The notes under the pieces were generated by a model, which worked only from the letters and a program-made list of their open reading frames with translations, had not been told where the DNA came from and did no database searches. Below are positions 59,233 through 64,000 of a DNA stretch of 64,000 bases, one piece after another (within the stretch, counting starts at the first letter, position 1; every line of letters begins with the position of its first letter). The stretch covers positions 1,696,001-1,760,000 of the forward strand of contig CBDBCF010000001.1 of the NCBI GenBank assembly GCA_965202985.1, given 5' to 3'. Position numbers and translations under genes: made by a program. The DNA is from Longimicrobiales bacterium (GTDB lineage Bacteria > Gemmatimonadota > Gemmatimonadetes > Longimicrobiales > Gaopeijiaceae).

Positions 59233-60595
59233 TTAGTCGGTGCAGTCGCAGGCGGGCGTGCCGACGGCGTACCGGCCCAGGTCGGGCGCGGCGCCGGCTG
59301 CGATTTCGGCGAAGGTGGGGCCGCTCAGGCCGAAGAAGCCGAAGCTGGCCGTGCCGTCGCCGTCGCGGGCGGCCACCTGTCTGCGGTAGCGCTCCTCCAT
59401 CCGGCTCCACCAGGCGATGTCCGACGGTGCGCCGGCTTCCCGGTCGGGGTCGGGCCGGGCCGCCGCGGCCGCCAGCGACCGAGTGCCCTTCATGAAGCAG
59501 AAAACGCAGTTGCCCGCGTGCTCCGGGATGCGGAGGTCGAAGTCGCGTCCCAGCCAGAAGCGGCGGACGCCCGCGGCGTCGATGCCCCACTCCGCCAGCG
59601 GGAAGATCGGATGCTCGCCCGGCGGCTGGGTATGGATGGAGCAGGATGTGCTGGCCCCTTCGGCGAAGACCGAGCGGGACTCGATCTTGTCGATGCGCTT
59701 CTGCTCGTCGGCTCGAAGGCCCAGCAGCGTGACGTGGCCGGCGTGGGCGGGTCCCCACATCGGCGCGGGACCCGGAGGACGGTCGACAGCGTCGAGGCGC
59801 TCCCCGGGCACCGGCATCGGCGCGTCCGTGTAGTCGCTCCAACGCTGGGCTGGGCGCGCCGGCGGGCGTTCCGTCATGCAGCGCACCCGTTGCCGGTACA
59901 CGTCGGCAGGCGCCGCGCCCCGGTTGCGACGGTACTGAACCAGAGCCTTCTGCGGCGTCACGAACCGTCGTCGTCCCCAGTGGCCGGCGTGGGCGGGGCC
60001 GTCGGTGACGCCCAGCCACTCGGCCAGAAGCTCGTGCGACGGATACAGCTTGAGTTTGGCCGTGCACGAGCGGCTGTGGGGGTTGGGCAGCATCCCCTGG
60101 TAGGAGAGCATCTCCTCGAAGACCTCGCCTCGGGAGCGAAAGCCCCGGGGATCGTCCTCCACGGGCTCGGGCAGAACCAGCCGGTACGAGGGGCGCCGGA
60201 CGTACACGCCCCGCGAGGCGTCCTCCACCGTGCAGAACTCGAACCAGAAGAACGGGATGCCGAAGTCGCGCTCCAGGCGCCGCTTGCACTGTCGCGCGAA
60301 GTCGTAGGTGGCCGGGTGCTCCGCAGACGTGTTGGCGAAGAGGATTGCGTCGCCGCGCTCGGGCCGAAGCAGCCCCGATTCGGCCAGCAGGAACGCTAGT
60401 GCGGCCGAGGACCTTCCGCCGGAGAACTTGACGATGTGCGGAAGGCGTTCGTGCTCCTTGGCGCGAGCGGCGATCTCGCGGGCGCCGACCTCCCTGGGGG
60501 CGGGAGCTGTGCTACCGGACTGCGGCCGTCCGATTAGGGTCGGAAGACGACCTCCCGAAATTTTCGGGGGGGGGGGGGGGGGCGGGAAAGGGCAT
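59233..60595 (-). CDS. PAPS-reductase-like (adenine nucleotide alpha hydrolase) Fe-S protein; start codon out of frame across a poly-C tract
   Basis: The frame stays open upstream of the track ORF: KFSGGRSS, FANTSAEH, RSCTAKLK, GLRADE, GNCVFCFMK, C-terminal CDC. Confidence 0.82.
60566..60582. repeat. G17/C17 homopolymer
   Basis: 17 consecutive G on the + strand. Confidence 0.9.
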
Positions 60596-60609
60596 AACTG
60601 TGGTGCTGT

Positions 60610-61848
60610 TCAGCCCCCCGCCGGCTCCAGCCTCACGATCGGCGTCTCGTTGCCCTGGCGGCTCTCGATCGCCACGTAGATGAAGCCGTCGGGCCCTTGG
60701 CGGATGTCGCGGACGCGGCCCAGCCCGCGCAACAGGGTTTCGGACGCGACGACACGGTTGCCGTCCACGGAAAGGCGGTCGATGCGCCGGCCGGAGAGGC
60801 CGCCGGCGAACAGGCTGCCTTGCCACTCCGGGAACCTGTCGCCCGTGTAGAACAAGAGGCCGGACGTTCCGATGGAGGGGACCCAGACGTGCAGCGGCTG
60901 CTCCATGCCGTCGGCGTGCGTGGCGGCGTGAATGGCGCTGCCGGAACCGTAGTTGACGCCGTAGCCGATCACGGGCCAGCCGTAGTTCTTGCCGGGCTCG
61001 GACACGTTCACTTCGTCGCCGCCTTGGGGTCCGTGCTCGGTGAGCCAGACGGCGCCGGTCTCGGGGTGGACGGCGAGCCCCTGCGGGTTCCTGTGCCCGT
61101 AGCTCCAAATGTCGGGTCGGGCGGCGCTATGGTTCACGAACGGATTGTCCTCCGGCACGCGGCCGTCGTCGTGAAGACGGACGATCACGCCGTGATGGTT
61201 CGACATGTCCTGGGCCGGATGGGCGGCAAGGTCGCCGCGCGGGGGCACCTGGCGGTCGCCCACGCTCAGGAACAGGTAGCCGTCGGCGTCGAAGGCCAGC
61301 TTGCAGCCGAAGTGGCCGGCCCCTTGCGACGCAGCCTCGAAGATCTCGTCGACCAGGGTGAAGCGGTCGTTCTCGAAGGTGCCGCGCACCACCGCCGTGG
61401 TGGCCTGCGGTCGATCGGGCTCGGGACCGTCTCCGATCCGCTTGGAGTAGCTGATGTAGACGAGTCGGTTGGACGCGAAGTCCGGGTGGACCGCCACCTC
61501 CATCATCCCGCCTTGGCCCACCGCCACCACGTCGGGAACGCCGGGAACGGGATCGGGAAGCAACGCGCCGTCGCGGACGATGCGAAGCCGTCCGGGGCGC
61601 TCGGTGACCAGCATGTCGCCCCCGGGCAGGAACGCCATCGACCACGGGTTCACCAGCCCGTCGACAACGGTGACCACCCGGTAGTCGTGATGCACCGAGC
61701 GCATGACGTCTTCCTGTGCTGCCGCACCCGCGGCCGGGGCGACGGAAAGCCCCGGAGCCAGTCCGGCGAGAAAGCCGGCGGCAAGGGCAAGCGGCAAGAC
61801 GTTCTTCCTTCTCGTGGCGGAATCGTGGCTAGCGGCGTAGTGGCCCAT
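60610..61848 (-). CDS. PQQ-dependent soluble sugar dehydrogenase (GSDH/YliI-like)
   Basis: PWSMAFLP, SYGHRNPQG, EHGPQGGDE and NYGWP motifs. Confidence 0.93.
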   Translation of the reverse strand: MGHYAASHDSATRRKNVLPLALAAGFLAGLAPGLSVAPAAGAAAQEDVMRSVHHDYRVVTVVDGLVNPWSMAFLPGGDMLVTERPGRLRIVRDGALLPDPVPGVPDVVAVGQGGMMEVAVHPDFASNRLVYISYSKRIGDGPEPDRPQATTAVVRGTFENDRFTLVDEIFEAASQGAGHFGCKLAFDADGYLFLSVGDRQVPPRGDLAAHPAQDMSNHHGVIVRLHDDGRVPEDNPFVNHSAARPDIWSYGHRNPQGLAVHPETGAVWLTEHGPQGGDEVNVSEPGKNYGWPVIGYGVNYGSGSAIHAATHADGMEQPLHVWVPSIGTSGLLFYTGDRFPEWQGSLFAGGLSGRRIDRLSVDGNRVVASETLLRGLGRVRDIRQGPDGFIYVAIESRQGNETPIVRLEPAGG

Positions 61849-62029
61849 ATGGAATCACCTTGACTGGATTGATGTGCGCTCGTGGCGTCCATCAATTCTA
61901 CCGTCCAGCCCCGGCAGCTGTCCAGCACCGGATCGCCAGCGCGGGGAACCCCGGTCCCGTCTACCGCCTCTCGCCTTGCCCCTGGCCACGAATCGGCCCT
62001 ATCGTCGGCGCGTGACTGTCCCCGAACCC

Positions 62030-64000
62030 GTGCGATCCAGGGCGAACCGGCTTGCCGCGACGCTGCCGTTGCTGTTGGCCGCAGCCGCAGCCGGAACCGC
62101 GACGGCCCAAGCCGCGACGGCCCAAGACCAAGAAGGGTCGAGGCCGGCCCGCGCCACCGTGCACGAAGCGACGCGCGTCCTGGACACCTACCCGTTCTCT
62201 GACCCGAACCCCGTGCCGGTGCTGGCTCGGGACCCGCGCCTCTACCCCTACCACACCTTCGAGGGCTACTCCGCCGCGCCCGAACCCCGGGAATGGAAGG
62301 TGGTCACCCTGGAGAACGACCTGATCCGGGTCTTCGTCCTGCCCGAGATCGGGGGCAAGGTGTGGGGCGCGGAGGTCAAGGCGACGGGCCGCGAGTTCAT
62401 CTATCGCAACGAGGTCGTGAAGTTTCGCAACATCGCGCTGCGCGGGCCGTGGACCTCGGGCGGGATCGAGTTCAACTTCGGCGTCATCGGCCACACGCCT
62501 GCGACGGCCACGCCGGTGGACTACGCGTGCCGCGAAAACGACGACGGAAGCGCAAGCTGCTTCGTCGGCGCCATGGACCTGCCGTCCCGAACCCACTGGC
62601 GCGTGGAGATTCGCCTTCCGCCGGACCAGGCGTACTTCGAGACGCGCGTGCTGTGGCACAACCCGACGCCGTTGGAGCAGCCGTACTACAACTGGATGAC
62701 CGCGGCGGCGTTCGCTCGCGACGACTTGGAGCTGTTCGTGCCCGGACGTTCGTACCTGGAGCATGCGGGGCGCGAACGGCCTTGGCCCGAGGACGAATCC
62801 GGGCGCTACCTGCCGATGTACCGCAACAACGCGTTCGGGGGCCACAAGTCCTACCACGTCGTCGGCGAGCTAAACGACTTCTTCGGCGGCTACTACCACG
62901 ACGAAGACTGGGGCTGGGGACACTGGGCCCGCTACGAAGAGATGCCGGGTCAGAAGATGTGGCTGTGGGCGCTCTCGCGGGCGGGGGGCGTGTGGGAAGA
63001 CCTGCTGACCGACGACGACGGCCAGTACGTGGAGTTCCAGGCTGGACGGCTGTTCGTGCAGTACTCGCCGGACGATCCCGTCGCGAATCCAATCACGCAG
63101 GTCGGCTTCGACCCCATGTCCTCCAGCCGGTGGACCGAGACGTGGTTCCCGTTGCAGGGTACGGGCGGAATGTCCGACGCGTCGCGGGGCGGGGCCATGC
63201 ACGCATGGGTCGAGGGCGACAGCCTGCGGGTCGCCGTCCACGCCTTCGGAGCGGCCGAGGACACGCTGGAAGTCTGGTCGGGCGACCGACCGCTCGCTGC
63301 CGTCCCCGTGCGCCTGGCGCCGCTAACGCCCCTTCGGACCTCGTTTCGCGTCGCTCCCGATCAGCCCTATCGCGTACGCCTGGCCGCCGTCGGACTCGAC
63401 TACGAATCGGACCCGGCCGACCGGATGCTCTCCCGCCCGTTCGCGACCGAAGCCGACGCGTGGGCGACCGCTCCCGAACCCCGGCGCCTGGCCTTCGAGG
63501 CCCGGCAACTGGCCCTGGGCCGCCGCTACGGCGAAGCCCGGCGCACCTTCCAGCAGGCAGCGGAAGACGACCCCTGGAACCGGAACGTGCTGCTGGGCTT
63601 GGCCGAACTGGCCCTGCGGTCGGCGCGCTACGAAGAAGGACTGGCACACGCGCGGCGCGCCCTTCAGCTGGACACCTACGATCCCAAAGCCAACTTCCTG
63701 GCCGGCAACCTCTACTCGGCGCTGGGCCGCACCGCCGACGCCCGGGACGCCTTCGGCTGGTCGGCGCGCTCCATGGCGTTCCGGGCGGCCTCGTATGCGC
63801 GCTTGGCCGAGGTGGCGACGGCCGCGGGCGAGTGGGACGAAGCGAAGCGCTACGCCGAGTTGGCGCTGGACTTTGACCGACACAGCGTGCCCGCGTGGCA
63901 GGTGCTGGCGATCCGGGGCCGAACGACGGCCGACCACGCCGCCGCGACGCACGCGCGAGCCCGGTTGCTGGAGATCGACCCGCTGCACCATTTCGCGCTG
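62030..64000 (+). CDS. DUF5107 + TPR protein; runs off the window edge
   Basis: Not in the ORF track. Manual translation gives a signal peptide, VTLENDLIRVFVLPEIGGKVW, WTSGGIEFNF, YVEFQAG, then TPR helices. Confidence 0.85.
   Translation, partial: MRSRANRLAATLPLLLAAAAAGTATAQAATAQDQEGSRPARATVHEATRVLDTYPFSDPNPVPVLARDPRLYPYHTFEGYSAAPEPREWKVVTLENDLIRVFVLPEIGGKVWGAEVKATGREFIYRNEVVKFRNIALRGPWTSGGIEFNFGVIGHTPATATPVDYACRENDDGSASCFVGAMDLPSRTHWRVEIRLPPDQAYFETRVLWHNPTPLEQPYYNWMTAAAFARDDLELFVPGRSYLEHAGRERPWPEDESGRYLPMYRNNAFGGHKSYHVVGELNDFFGGYYHDEDWGWGHWARYEEMPGQKMWLWALSRAGGVWEDLLTDDDGQYVEFQAGRLFVQYSPDDPVANPITQVGFDPMSSSRWTETWFPLQGTGGMSDASRGGAMHAWVEGDSLRVAVHAFGAAEDTLEVWSGDRPLAAVPVRLAPLTPLRTSFRVAPDQPYRVRLAAVGLDYESDPADRMLSRPFATEADAWATAPEPRRLAFEARQLALGRRYGEARRTFQQAAEDDPWNRNVLLGLAELALRSARYEEGLAHARRALQLDTYDPKANFLAGNLYSALGRTADARDAFGWSARSMAFRAASYARLAEVATAAGEWDEAKRYAELALDFDRHSVPAWQVLAIRGRTTADHAAATHARARLLEIDPLHHFAL

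Noticed and set aside
55629..60595. Canonical Dnd/Ssp phosphorothioation system or cysH sulfate assimilation
   Set aside because: The partner genes (cysteine desulfurase, DndD/E, SspB/C/E, cysDN/I) are not visible, and the ATPase is GHKL rather than P-loop.
2351..63991. Many long overlapping ORFs, e.g. 5224-8763, 11174-12904, 57213-59495, 62293-63876
   Set aside because: They are Arg/Pro/Gly-rich shadow frames of motif-bearing genes in high-GC DNA.

Overview
High-GC bacterial DNA in which housekeeping and secreted-enzyme genes alternate with dense defence-island material. The gene content (6-bladed propeller lipoproteins, PQQ dehydrogenases, M20 and creatininase enzymes) is suggestive of Gemmatimonadota, but that is inference only. 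Defence content: two Type II R-M loci with an intact MTase and a broken REase (one hit by an ISL3 with an 8-bp target duplication), one apparently intact low-GC Type II pair, a Type III R-M operon, an ATPase-TOPRIM gene with a truncated paralogue, two Fic genes and a DUF1828 pair. Best leads: (1) the Type III Mod protein begins with a BrnA-type antitoxin peptide directly behind a BrnT toxin gene, in an operon that also holds an XRE-ImmA/IrrE regulator, Fic and a 70-bp palindromic repeat array; (2) a four-gene PAPS-reductase-like / GHKL ATPase / unknown / DUF6339-like operon whose only upstream ATG is put out of frame by a 17-nt poly-C tract (possible phase variation); (3) a selenocysteine peroxiredoxin; (4) a duplicated gene-end junction bracketing two cargo genes. 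No rRNA, tRNA, CRISPR array or integrase was seen. All family calls come from motif recognition by eye, not from database searches.
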